A stretch of DNA of 64,000 bases. Origin: Clostridia bacterium (lineage in GTDB: Bacteria > Bacillota > Clostridia > Oscillospirales > CAG-272). How positions within the stretch are numbered: the stretch's first letter is position 1; each line of letters opens with the position of its first letter. This document shows, piece after piece, positions 8,796 to 16,934 of the stretch. The DNA is taken from positions 1,335 through 65,334 of the forward strand of contig JAFQEC010000038.1 of assembly GCA_017415805.1 (NCBI GenBank), written 5' to 3'. The position numbers and the translations under genes were made by a program. The notes below the pieces were generated by a model, which ran no database searches, was not told the origin of the DNA, and saw nothing but the letters and a program-made list of their open reading frames with translations.

Positions 8796-8807
8796 AAAAA
8801 GCAAAAA

Positions 8808-8840
8808 GCCCGCCCCTGCCGCATCGCGGCTGGGGCGGGC
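8808..8840 (+). terminator. GC-rich hairpin after nrdG (terminator-like, no clear U-tract)
   Basis: GCCCGCCCC-15 nt-GGGGCGGGC. The related hairpin CCCCTGCCGC...GCGGCAGGGG follows the first LRR gene at 11312-11334. Confidence 0.4.
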
Positions 8841-8880
8841 TCGTCGTTCGCTCCCTCGCACGATTTTTGTATTTATCCAT

Positions 8881-8988
8881 TGTAGGGGCGAGCATTGCTC
8901 GTCCGTTGTTGTTGCGGGCAAACACGGTTTGCCCCTGTGATGAGAGCACGAACCAGCCCGTAGGGACCGGCGTCCGCGACGGTCCGTG
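8881..8988. repeat. Cluster of three REP/BIME-like palindromic units in alternating orientation
   Basis: Units are tGTAGGGGCGAGCattGCTCGTCCg (8881-8905), GCGGGCAAACacgGTTTGCCCCTGT (8914-8938, inverted) and cGTAGGGACCGgcgtccgcgaCGGTCCgtg (8959-8988). Confidence 0.65.
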
Positions 8989-9014
8989 ATTCGACACGAA
9001 ATTTTTGCACGGGA

Positions 9015-9043
9015 TTTACAAACGCGTGCGTTTGTGGTAGAAT
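9015..9043 (+). promoter_or_regulatory. Promoter of LRR lipoprotein gene 1
   Basis: TTTACA, 17-nt spacer, TAGAAT with an extended TG. Nearly the same architecture occurs at 11576-11604. Confidence 0.55.
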
Positions 9044-9108
9044 GGGGCTGTAATACGACAAATATTTCCTATAGAGATATACACCTTTCTGTTTGAGGAG
9101 GAAATCGC

Positions 9109-11301
9109 ATGAAAAAAGCTTTAGCGGTAATCGTACTCGTGCTCGCGTGCCTTGTACTGCTTTGCGCGTGTAGCGAAGACGAAACGCCAAATGGCGAGTC
9201 CCCAACCCATACGCTCACGCACCACGCGGCAGTCGAGGCAAGTTGTACTACGCAGGGCAATATTGAGTATTGGGAATGCACCGAGTGCGGCAAGTATTTC
9301 TCGGATGCCAGTGCAACGAATGAGATTGCAGACAAAACAACAATTCTAATTGCAGCAATTGGACATCAACTTGACAGTAACGACCTTTGTAATACTTGCG
9401 GCTATCAAAAGGGTACCGAGGGGTTGGTTTATACGGAGTATGATACCTATGCTGCTGTTACGGGCATCGGCACGGCAAGCGGCGACGTGAAGATCGCAAG
9501 CGAGTACAACGGAAAGCCAGTCACAAGCATTGGATCTCGTGCGTTCGAGGACTGCACCGAGCTGACGAGCATCACGATCCCGTCGAGTGTCACGAACATT
9601 GGTTATAATGCGTTTGAGGACTGTACGGGTTTGACGGGTGTATACATCACCGATCTTGCGGCTTGGTGCAAGATCCTATTTGTCAGTTATAGTGAAAACC
9701 CGCTTACTTATGCAGAAAACTTGTATTTGAACGGAAATCTTGTAACCGCACTGGAAATTTCAATCGGCGTCACCAGCATCAGTTCTTATGCATTCTACAA
9801 TTGCAAGGGCTTGACGAGTATCAAGATCCCGTCAAGCGTGACGAGCATCGGCTCTTGGGCATTCCTCAATTGCACGGGAGTCATTCGATACAACGGTGTT
9901 TCTTACGCAGATAAGTGGGCGATCGATTGCGACCCAGACATGACCAGCGTGTCGTTGCGCTCGGGTACGGTCGGCATTGGCGATTGTGCCTTCTCCGGCT
10001 GCGACGATCTTGCGAGCATCGCGATCCTGTCAAGCGTCAAAAATATCGGCGAGGGTGCGTTCTCCGGTTGCGACAGCCTCACAAGCGTCACAATATGGTC
10101 GGGTGTGGCCAGCATCGGCTCTTCTGCGTTTTCCGGCTGCACGGGGCTTGCGAGTATCACGATTCCGGCGAGCGTCAGAAGCATTGGCAATAGGGCGTTC
10201 TATGGTTGCACGGAGCTTGCGAGCATCAAGATATGGTCGGGTGCCAAAAGCATCGGCGATCAGGCGTTCTACGGTTGCACCAAACTTGCTAGCATCACGA
10301 TCCCGTCGAGCGTGACCAATATCGGCGAGGAGGTGTTCTACGGTTGCACGGGGCTTGCGAGCATCACGATCCCGCCCTCGGTCACCGACATCGGTGCTTA
10401 TGCGTTCCAGAACTGCACCGCCCTGACCGACGTTTACATCACCGATCTTGCATCCTGGTGCAAGATTTCGTTTGGTAGTTCTCTTGCAAATCCGCTTTCT
10501 TATGCAAAGAATTTGTATGTGAACGGAAATCTTGTAACCGCACTGGAAATTCCGTCCGGCGTCACGAGCATCGGCAATTATGCGTTCTACAACTGTACGT
10601 GGCTTGCGAGCATCACGATCCCGCCCTCGGTGACGAGTATCGGCTCTGAGGCGTTCTTCGGTTGCACGGGGCTTGCGAGTGTAACGTTTGGCGACAGCAG
10701 TCAACTCAAGAGCATCGGCGATTCTGCATTCCGTGGCTGCACGGGGCTTGCGAGCGTGACGTTTGGCGAGAACAGTCAGCTGACGAGCATCGGCGCCTAT
10801 GCATTCTTCGGCTGCAAGGGGCTTACGAGCATCACGATCCCGCCCTCGGTGACGAGCATCGGCTCTGAGGCGTTCTCGGGTTGCACGGAGCTTGCGGGTG
10901 TATATATCACCGATCTTGCGGCCTGGTGTAACATTTCGTTTGGTAGTTATTATGCAAATCCGCTTTATTGTGCAAAGAATCTGTATCTGAACGGAAATCT
11001 TGTAACCGCATTGGAAATTCCGGATGGCGTCACGAGCATCGGCAATTATGCGTTCTACAACTGCACGAGCTTCACGAGCATCACGATCCCGTCCTCGGTG
11101 ACGAGCATCGGCTATGGGGCGTTCCGGAGCTGCACGGGCCTTACGAGCGTGACGTTCCAAAACGCCGAGGGCTGGTGGGTATCGAACGCACCCGCGGCCA
11201 CCTCGGGCGCGGGCGTTTCGGCCACAGGCCTTGCCAACGCCACCACGGCGGCAACCTATTTGAAATCTACCTATTGCTACTATTACTGGAAACGCGGCTA
11301 A
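9109..11301 (+). CDS. BspA-type leucine-rich-repeat (LRR_5-like) surface lipoprotein
   Basis: Lipobox in MKKALAVIVLVLACLVLLCAC. One Cys/His module (THHAAVEASCTTQGNIEYWECTECGKYFSD). More than 20 units of about 23 aa of the type IPSSVTSIGxxAFxGCTGLASITIP. Confidence 0.85.
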   Translation: MKKALAVIVLVLACLVLLCACSEDETPNGESPTHTLTHHAAVEASCTTQGNIEYWECTECGKYFSDASATNEIADKTTILIAAIGHQLDSNDLCNTCGYQKGTEGLVYTEYDTYAAVTGIGTASGDVKIASEYNGKPVTSIGSRAFEDCTELTSITIPSSVTNIGYNAFEDCTGLTGVYITDLAAWCKILFVSYSENPLTYAENLYLNGNLVTALEISIGVTSISSYAFYNCKGLTSIKIPSSVTSIGSWAFLNCTGVIRYNGVSYADKWAIDCDPDMTSVSLRSGTVGIGDCAFSGCDDLASIAILSSVKNIGEGAFSGCDSLTSVTIWSGVASIGSSAFSGCTGLASITIPASVRSIGNRAFYGCTELASIKIWSGAKSIGDQAFYGCTKLASITIPSSVTNIGEEVFYGCTGLASITIPPSVTDIGAYAFQNCTALTDVYITDLASWCKISFGSSLANPLSYAKNLYVNGNLVTALEIPSGVTSIGNYAFYNCTWLASITIPPSVTSIGSEAFFGCTGLASVTFGDSSQLKSIGDSAFRGCTGLASVTFGENSQLTSIGAYAFFGCKGLTSITIPPSVTSIGSEAFSGCTELAGVYITDLAAWCNISFGSYYANPLYCAKNLYLNGNLVTALEIPDGVTSIGNYAFYNCTSFTSITIPSSVTSIGYGAFRSCTGLTSVTFQNAEGWWVSNAPAATSGAGVSATGLANATTAATYLKSTYCYYYWKRG

Positions 11302-11309
11302 ACGCACAA
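11239..11309 (+). repeat. 71-nt segment shared with 13639-13709 (70/71), covering the last 20 codons, the stop codon and 8 nt beyond it
   Basis: Direct comparison of the two gene ends shows a single C/T difference, at 11280 versus 13680. Confidence 0.9.
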
Positions 11310-11311
11310 CG

Positions 11312-11334
11312 CCCCTGCCGCAATGCGGCAGGGG
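11312..11334 (+). terminator. Hairpin after LRR gene 1 (terminator-like, weak U-tract)
   Basis: CCCCTGCCGC-aat-GCGGCAGGGG. Confidence 0.4.
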
Positions 11335-11349
11335 GGTCTTGCCTTCTCT

Positions 11350-11513
11350 CGTAGGGGAGGGGCTTGCTCCTCCCGTTCGTGTATCGCGAATTGCGGACAG
11401 TCCGGAGGCCTGTCCCTACGGGCATGCGCGTAGCCGCGATGTCCGCACAAATTCCGTAGGGGCCTTCTGCGAACGCCCGCTATCGTCACGGGCGAACACA
11501 GTTCGCTCCTACA
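11350..11513. repeat. Cluster of four REP/BIME-like GTAG-headed units in alternating orientation
   Basis: Units are cGTAGGGGAGGggcttgCTCCTCCCgt (11350-11386), GCGGACAGtccggaggcCTGTCCCTACgg (11393-11422, inverted), cGTAGGGGCC...GCCCG (11455-11479) and CGGGCGAACacaGTTCGCTCCTACA (11489-11513, inverted). Confidence 0.65.
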
Positions 11514-11534
11514 AAAAATTACAAACAACCGCAT

Positions 11535-11565
11535 AAAAAAGCGCTCGCATAGCGAGCGCTTTTTT
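11535..11565 (+). terminator. Strong intrinsic terminator ending the first LRR transcription unit
   Basis: AAAAAAGCGCTCGC-ata-GCGAGCGCTTTTTT. Confidence 0.85.
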
Positions 11566-11575
11566 CGCACCCCCC

Positions 11576-11604
11576 TTTACAAATCCTTCCTTTTGTGATA
11601 GAAT
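11576..11604 (+). promoter_or_regulatory. Promoter of LRR lipoprotein gene 2
   Basis: TTTACA, 17-nt spacer, TAGAAT with an extended TG (gTGaTAGAAT). Confidence 0.55.
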
Positions 11605-11608
11605 GAAT

Positions 11609-11775
11609 TTGCCACACAATTACATAGTTTCCGCGATAGGTGTGCATTTTTACTATTGGTAAAAATGCATGCTCTTTTCTGCATACCTGTCGTGGAAGTA
11701 GAAGGAAGTAATTGTGTGGCAATGATTACGGAGCCATGCGTTTTTCGGTGCGTGGCTTCGGCCACGCACTTTTTT
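11609..11775 (+). promoter_or_regulatory. Structured 5' leader: 15-bp perfect inverted repeat around an 84-nt core, then an antiterminator/terminator pair just before the RBS
   Basis: TTGCCACACAATTAC (11609-11623) pairs with GTAATTGTGTGGCAA (11708-11722). Inner 11-bp hairpin at 11643-11669. Terminator GTGCGTGGC-ttcg-GCCACGCAC-TTTTTT (11748-11775). GCCATGCG (11733-11740) can pair with the 5' arm of the terminator instead. Confidence 0.6.
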
Positions 11776-11793
11776 ATTTTGGGAGGAAAGAAC

Positions 11794-13701
11794 ATGAAGA
11801 AATTACTTACCGTTCTATTGCTTTTGCTTTTGTGTCTTGCACTGCTTTGCGCGTGCGATGAGGGAGAAACCCCGCCCTCCATACAACCGCCGAGCAACGA
11901 GGGTGCATCGGGGCACACCCACGCGCTCACGCATCACGCGGCGCTCGAGGCCACGTGCACCGAGGGCAATATTGAGTATTGGGCGTGCACGGGCTGTGAC
12001 AAATACTTCTCCGACGCCGACGCGACAAGCGAGATTACCGATAAATCCTCGGTGGTAGTCCCGGCTTCGCACGAGATCACGCACCACGCGGCGCTCGAGG
12101 CCACGTGTACCGAGGGCAATATTGAATATTGGGCGTGCACTGCGTGCGGCAAATATTTCTCGGATGCGAACGCTACTGCCGAGATCACCGACAAGACTTC
12201 GGTTGTGGTTGCCGCTTCGCATAGTGCGATCTGGCACTATTCGGACACACAGCATTGGCAGGAATACACGTGTGCGTGCGGATTGGAAAATTCAACGCCT
12301 ACAGCGCATCAATTAGATGGAAAAGGGCTTTGTGGTAGTTGCCAATATCAGGCCGGCACGGCGGGTTTGATCTACACAGAACATGATACCTACGCCGTCG
12401 TTACGGGCATCGGCACGGCAAGCGGCAACGTGAAGATTGCAAGCCTGTACAACGGAAAGCCTGTCACCGCCATCGGCTATGAGGCGTTCCAGAACTGCAC
12501 GGACCTTACGAGCATCACGATTCCGTCGAGCGTCACGAGCATCGGTGATTTTGCGTTCGACAGCTGCACGGGGCTCACAAGCATCACGATCCCGTCGAGC
12601 GTCACGAGCATCGGTGCGGGTGTGTTTTACCGTTGCACGGGACTTGCAAGCATCACGATTCCGTCGAGCGTCAAGAGCATCGGTCGTTCTGCGTTCTCCT
12701 GGTGCACGGGCCTCACGAGCATCACGATCCCGTCGAGTGTGACGAGTATCGGCCAACATGCCTTCTCCGTCTGCGCGGGGCTTACGAGTATCACGTTTGA
12801 AGCAGGCAGTCAATTGCAGAGCATCGGCTTTTCTGCGTTCTACAACTGCACGGGGCTTACGAGCATCACGATCCCGTCGAGCGTCACGAGCATCGGTGAT
12901 TTTGCGTTCGACTGCTGCACGGGGCTCACAAGCATCACGATCCCGTCGAGCGTCACGAGCATCGGTGAAAGTGTGTTCTACAGCTGCACGGGGCTTACGA
13001 GCATCACGATCCCGTCGAGCGTGACGAGCATTGGCCAAAGTGCGTTCTATGGATGCACGGGGCTTACGAGCATCACGATCCCGTCGAGCGTGACCAGCAT
13101 CGGCGGTGATGCGTTCTATGGCTGCTACAAGCTGGTTGAGATCTACAACCTTGCCTCGCTGAATATCATCAAGGGCTCATGGAATAACGGACACGTCGGT
13201 TATTATGCCCTCGACGTATATACGTCTACCGAAGGAGCAAGCAAACTCTTTGCCGATGCAAACGGTTACGTCTTCTACGTGAATGGCGAAACCTGCTATT
13301 TGCTGGGCTATTTGGGAAGCGACACCGCGCTGGTTCTGCCAAATGATTACAACGGAAAAGCGTATGATATTTATAAATATGCGTTCTACAACTGTAAGAA
13401 CCTTACGAGCGTCACGATCCCGTCGAGCGTGACCAACATCGGCTATTCTGCATTTTATGGCTGCACGGGGCTTGCGAGCATCACAATTCCGTCCAGTGTC
13501 ACGAGTATCGGCTATACTGCGTTTTATGGCTGCACAGGGCTTACGAGTGTGACCTTCGAGAACACCGAGGGCTGGTGGGTGTCGACCTCATCCACCGCTA
13601 CCTCGGGCACGGGCATTTGGGCTGGAGCCCTTGCAAATGCCACCACGGCGGCAACCTATTTGAAATCTACCTATTGCTATTATTACTGGAAACGCGGCTA
13701 A
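11794..13701 (+). CDS. BspA-type leucine-rich-repeat surface lipoprotein (paralog of 9109-11301)
   Basis: ATG at 11794 follows GGGAGG. Lipobox in MKKLLTVLLLLLLCLALLCAC. Two full Cys/His modules plus a third divergent one, then LRR_5-like units. The last 20 residues are identical to those of gene 1. Confidence 0.85.
   Translation: MKKLLTVLLLLLLCLALLCACDEGETPPSIQPPSNEGASGHTHALTHHAALEATCTEGNIEYWACTGCDKYFSDADATSEITDKSSVVVPASHEITHHAALEATCTEGNIEYWACTACGKYFSDANATAEITDKTSVVVAASHSAIWHYSDTQHWQEYTCACGLENSTPTAHQLDGKGLCGSCQYQAGTAGLIYTEHDTYAVVTGIGTASGNVKIASLYNGKPVTAIGYEAFQNCTDLTSITIPSSVTSIGDFAFDSCTGLTSITIPSSVTSIGAGVFYRCTGLASITIPSSVKSIGRSAFSWCTGLTSITIPSSVTSIGQHAFSVCAGLTSITFEAGSQLQSIGFSAFYNCTGLTSITIPSSVTSIGDFAFDCCTGLTSITIPSSVTSIGESVFYSCTGLTSITIPSSVTSIGQSAFYGCTGLTSITIPSSVTSIGGDAFYGCYKLVEIYNLASLNIIKGSWNNGHVGYYALDVYTSTEGASKLFADANGYVFYVNGETCYLLGYLGSDTALVLPNDYNGKAYDIYKYAFYNCKNLTSVTIPSSVTNIGYSAFYGCTGLASITIPSSVTSIGYTAFYGCTGLTSVTFENTEGWWVSTSSTATSGTGIWAGALANATTAATYLKSTYCYYYWKRG
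12505..12616 (+). repeat. Intragenic 112-nt segment duplicated at 12856-12967 (110/112 identical, in-frame offset of 351 nt)
   Basis: Read directly from the sequence. Covers about 1.6 LRR units. Confidence 0.9.
12856..12967 (+). repeat. Second copy of the 112-nt intragenic duplication
   Basis: See 12505-12616. Confidence 0.9.
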
Positions 13702-13744
13702 ACGCACAAACCCGCAGGGGCGTTGTGTGAGCGCCCGTTACATC

Positions 13745-13780
13745 AAAAAACCGCTACCTCGTTTCGAGGTAGCGGTTTTT
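13745..13780. terminator. Bidirectional terminator between LRR gene 2 and nadE
   Basis: AAAAAACCGCTACCTCG-ttt-CGAGGTAGCGGTTTTT. Confidence 0.85.
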
Positions 13781-13783
13781 GAT

Positions 13784-15718
13784 TTAATTGATCTTCAGCT
13801 CGTCGATCTCGCGCAGCCATTCGGCAGCAGAGCCGTCGGAGGGCATTTGCCAATCGCCGCGGGGCGACAGGCCCACCGAGCCGATCTTCACGCCGTCGGG
13901 CAGGCAATTGCGCTTGAATTGCTGTCCAAAGAAGCGCTGCCAGAACACGCGCAGCCACTTTTGAATGGTGGCGCCGTCGAACATCCCGTCAAAGGCACGG
14001 CGCGCCAGCGCAAAGATCTTGGCGGGGCGGTACTGATAGCGCACGGCCCAGTACAGAAAGAAGTCGTGCAGGGCGTAGGGGCCCACGATGTCCTCGGTCT
14101 TTTGCGCGATCTTGCCCACCGCATCGGGGGGCAGCAGCTCGGGGCTGATGGGCGTATCCAGCACGCGCAGCAGCACCTCGGTCGCCTCGGGCAACAGGTT
14201 TTGTTCGGCAAGCCCTGCGATCACCCAGCGCACCAGCGTCTTGGGCACGCCGCCGTTCACGCCGTACATGCTCATATGGTCGCCGTTGTAGGTGCACCAG
14301 CCGAGTGCGAGCTCCGAGAGATCGCCCGTGCCGAGCACGAGGGCGTTCTCCTTGTTTGCCACGTCCATGAGCACCTGCGTGCGCTCGCGCGCCTGCGCGT
14401 TCTCATAGGTGACCGAGTAATCGTCGGGGCTCTGACCGATGTCGCGGAAGTGCTGGAGCACCGCGTCCTTGATCGGGATCGTGCGTGCCGTGACGCCAAG
14501 TCGTTCCATCAGCGCAAGCGAGTTTTGCAGCGTTTCGTCACTTGTGCCAAAGCAGGGCATGGTAATGGCGATGATATTGGTGCGCGGGAGCTGCAAGCAC
14601 TCCATTGCGCGCACCGCAACCAAGAGGGCGAGCGTGGAATCCAAACCGCCCGAAATGCCCACCACAAGCTTGCCGCCCGTGATCGACAGGCGGCGTGCCA
14701 GCGCCTCGGCTTGCATGGTAAAGATCTCGTTGCAACGCGCGATGCGTGCATTTTTCTCGCTTGGAATAAAGGGCAGGTGCGAGAGCTTCAGGTGTGCGCC
14801 GTCGGCATCGGCCATGGCAAAGGGGAGATCCACCGTTTCGGGATCCAGTAGACCGCCAAGCTCGGCGGAACACTCGCCAAAGGTGCGGTTGTGGCGGCGG
14901 TCGTAGCGAATACGTCCCAGATCCAGATCGGTTACCAGCAGATAATCGCGGTCGATCTGCTTTTGGTTTTCGCACACAAGCTCGCCATTCAGCGCGGCCA
15001 TCGAGTGGCCTGAGAAGATCAGATCTGCGGTGGACTCATCCGCGCCCGAGCTGACGTAGAGGTAGGCCGAGAGCGTACGTGCCGACTGCCCCACCACGGT
15101 ATCGCGGCGGTAAGCACGCTTGCCCACCGATTCGTTACCTGCCGAAAGGTTGACCAGTACCTCTGCGCCGTTCAACGCCAGCAGGGTGCTGGGGGGCAGG
15201 GGAGCGAGCAGATCCTCGCAGATCTCCACGCCCACGCGCGTGCCGTCGGCCGCGCGGAAGATGAACTCTGCATCCACGGGGAAGGTGAAGCACCCAAGCG
15301 TGAGAAGTGTGGGAGCGAGGCTTGCCGCAGGGTTGAAGTGGCGGCGCTCGCTGTATTCGCCGTAATCGGGCAAAAAGGTCTTGGGTACGGCGCCCACGAT
15401 GCGCCCACCCGTGATGGCAACGGCACAGTTGTAAAGCTGCCCGTTCACAAGAAGCGGTGCGCCCACCAGGGCAAGGATCCCGTCGGGGGTGGTTGCCGCA
15501 ATCTGGCAAAGCGCTTCCTCACAGCGCTCGATCAAAAGCTCCGCGGCGAACAGGTCGCCGCAGGTGTAGCCCGTGAGCGCCAGCTCGGGGAACACGACCA
15601 GCGTTGCCCCTGCCGCGTGCGCCTCGGTGATGCGGCGCTCGATCTCGGCGGAGTTGTATGCAACGTCTGCAAGCTTCAGCGCAGGTACGCAGAGCGCCGC
15701 GCGCAGAATATCCTTCAT
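13784..15718 (-). CDS. nadE: Glutamine-dependent NAD+ synthetase (N-terminal CN-hydrolase domain plus NAD synthetase domain)
   Basis: FPELALTGYTCGDLF is the nitrilase-type domain and GISGGLDSTLALLV is the PP-loop. ATG at 15718 follows GAGAGGAG. The upstream in-frame M at 15736 lacks an RBS. Confidence 0.9.
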   Translation of the reverse strand: MKDILRAALCVPALKLADVAYNSAEIERRITEAHAAGATLVVFPELALTGYTCGDLFAAELLIERCEEALCQIAATTPDGILALVGAPLLVNGQLYNCAVAITGGRIVGAVPKTFLPDYGEYSERRHFNPAASLAPTLLTLGCFTFPVDAEFIFRAADGTRVGVEICEDLLAPLPPSTLLALNGAEVLVNLSAGNESVGKRAYRRDTVVGQSARTLSAYLYVSSGADESTADLIFSGHSMAALNGELVCENQKQIDRDYLLVTDLDLGRIRYDRRHNRTFGECSAELGGLLDPETVDLPFAMADADGAHLKLSHLPFIPSEKNARIARCNEIFTMQAEALARRLSITGGKLVVGISGGLDSTLALLVAVRAMECLQLPRTNIIAITMPCFGTSDETLQNSLALMERLGVTARTIPIKDAVLQHFRDIGQSPDDYSVTYENAQARERTQVLMDVANKENALVLGTGDLSELALGWCTYNGDHMSMYGVNGGVPKTLVRWVIAGLAEQNLLPEATEVLLRVLDTPISPELLPPDAVGKIAQKTEDIVGPYALHDFFLYWAVRYQYRPAKIFALARRAFDGMFDGATIQKWLRVFWQRFFGQQFKRNCLPDGVKIGSVGLSPRGDWQMPSDGSAAEWLREIDELKIN

Positions 15719-15916
15719 AAGAGTCACTCCTCTCAAGGTGGCTTGCCACCTTTTACCATTGCTTTTATTGTATCACAATTCTTTACAAAATGCAAGCGCA
15801 CGGCAAAAAAGCGCTTTCTTCGCCTCGAAAAAGCCGAAAATGGAAAGAAAACTGTTCTAAAACAAAAAACAAAGAAAACAAACAATTAAAATTTAGAAAA
15901 TTAAAACTGAAAACTG

Positions 15917-15948
15917 GAAAAGCGTCCCGCCAAGCGCGAGACGCTTTT
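15917..15948 (-). terminator. Terminator of the sugar ABC / transcarbamylase-like operon
   Basis: AAAAGCGTC-13 nt-GACGCTTTT immediately after the stop codon at 15951. Confidence 0.7.
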
Positions 15949-15950
15949 CG

Positions 15951-16934
15951 TTATTCCAGACGTCCGAGCGCATACAGAAGCGAGGCACGTGCGCATTCAC
16001 TCGCCCAGTCGCTTGGCAAGCGATGGCGCAGCAGAAAAACCAACAGTGCGCGCGCGGCCGCCAAACGGTTTTCGCTTTGTGCGGCTACTAGAAAATGCGG
16101 CAGATCCCGTTCGCTTCTTCGGTACTGCGCGGGATGGTGGTGCAGGATCTGTGCGTTGGGCGCGAGCTCCTGTAAGCGCTCGGGTGTGGGGCAGTAGCTG
16201 GGTGCCGCGATCGACATGCCACTCTCGCGGCTCTCGTCCGTACCGCAGCCGAGATAGAGAAAATCGGCGTTTGTGAGTGCATCCTCTTCGCTCTCGGTCA
16301 GGGTGAGACAACCGCCGCTTGCCTTGGCGTTCATCCTTCCCATGTTGAGCAGCTGCTCGGAGAGGATCTGCCCCTCGCTTGCAAGGTGCACGAAGTGTGC
16401 GCCCAGCTTGGTGGTCATCATCATGGCCGAAGCACAGATTGGCGTAGCGCCCCCCACGAATACGATCTTACATTCCTCGAGCTGCTTACCGTCGGGCAGA
16501 TGCTCGAGCATCGTGATCGCATCGCCGAGCTCGGCGATCGGATGGCTGTAATCCGAGCGCGCGTTGAGAACGGGAATATCGGCAAAGCGTGCCAGCGTAG
16601 CGATATCGGCGTGTGCCTCGGCGCGCACGGCCAGCAGATCTACACTGTGCGTGAGCGTATGCCCCAGCATCTCGGCGTCCTCGGTGGCAGGGGGCTGGAG
16701 CACCATCGCACGGCCGCCCAGCTGCTCCATGGCACATGTGAGCACAGCCAGCGTGTGTGCCGCCGCATCGTGCGTGAGAATCCCGAGTGTTTTGTGTGCA
16801 AGCAGCGAGGGGTACAGCCCCTGCACAATGCAGCACTTGAGCGCGCGTGCCAGTGCGATCAGAGCAAGCAGCTCGTTTTTTTCAAAGGCCTCGTTTGTAA
16901 TATAATCCTGGTGCTTCATGTCTGTCTCCTTCAT
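15951..16934 (-). CDS. Aspartate/ornithine carbamoyltransferase-fold protein with degenerate catalytic motifs
   Basis: By eye it aligns along its length with E. coli OTCase. SDYSHPIAELGDAITMLEHL matches NEFHPTQLLADLLTMQEHL. STRTR is replaced by HDAAAHT, HPxQ by HPIA and HCLP by HHHP. ATGA overlap with the permease gene. Confidence 0.7.
   Translation of the reverse strand: MKETDMKHQDYITNEAFEKNELLALIALARALKCCIVQGLYPSLLAHKTLGILTHDAAAHTLAVLTCAMEQLGGRAMVLQPPATEDAEMLGHTLTHSVDLLAVRAEAHADIATLARFADIPVLNARSDYSHPIAELGDAITMLEHLPDGKQLEECKIVFVGGATPICASAMMMTTKLGAHFVHLASEGQILSEQLLNMGRMNAKASGGCLTLTESEEDALTNADFLYLGCGTDESRESGMSIAAPSYCPTPERLQELAPNAQILHHHPAQYRRSERDLPHFLVAAQSENRLAAARALLVFLLRHRLPSDWASECARASLLYALGRLE

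Noticed and set aside
9500-13500. Regular periodicity of about 69 bp that could be mistaken for a CRISPR or tandem-repeat array.
   Set aside because: The periodicity is the 23-aa LRR unit of two long intact ORFs. There is no repeat-spacer structure and no cas genes.
15790-15916. A-rich low-complexity tract (aaaacaaaaaacaaagaaaacaaacaattaaaatttagaaaattaaaactgaaaac).
   Set aside because: It has no repeat unit, ORF or hairpin. It is most simply an AT-rich spacer and UP-like region upstream of nadE.
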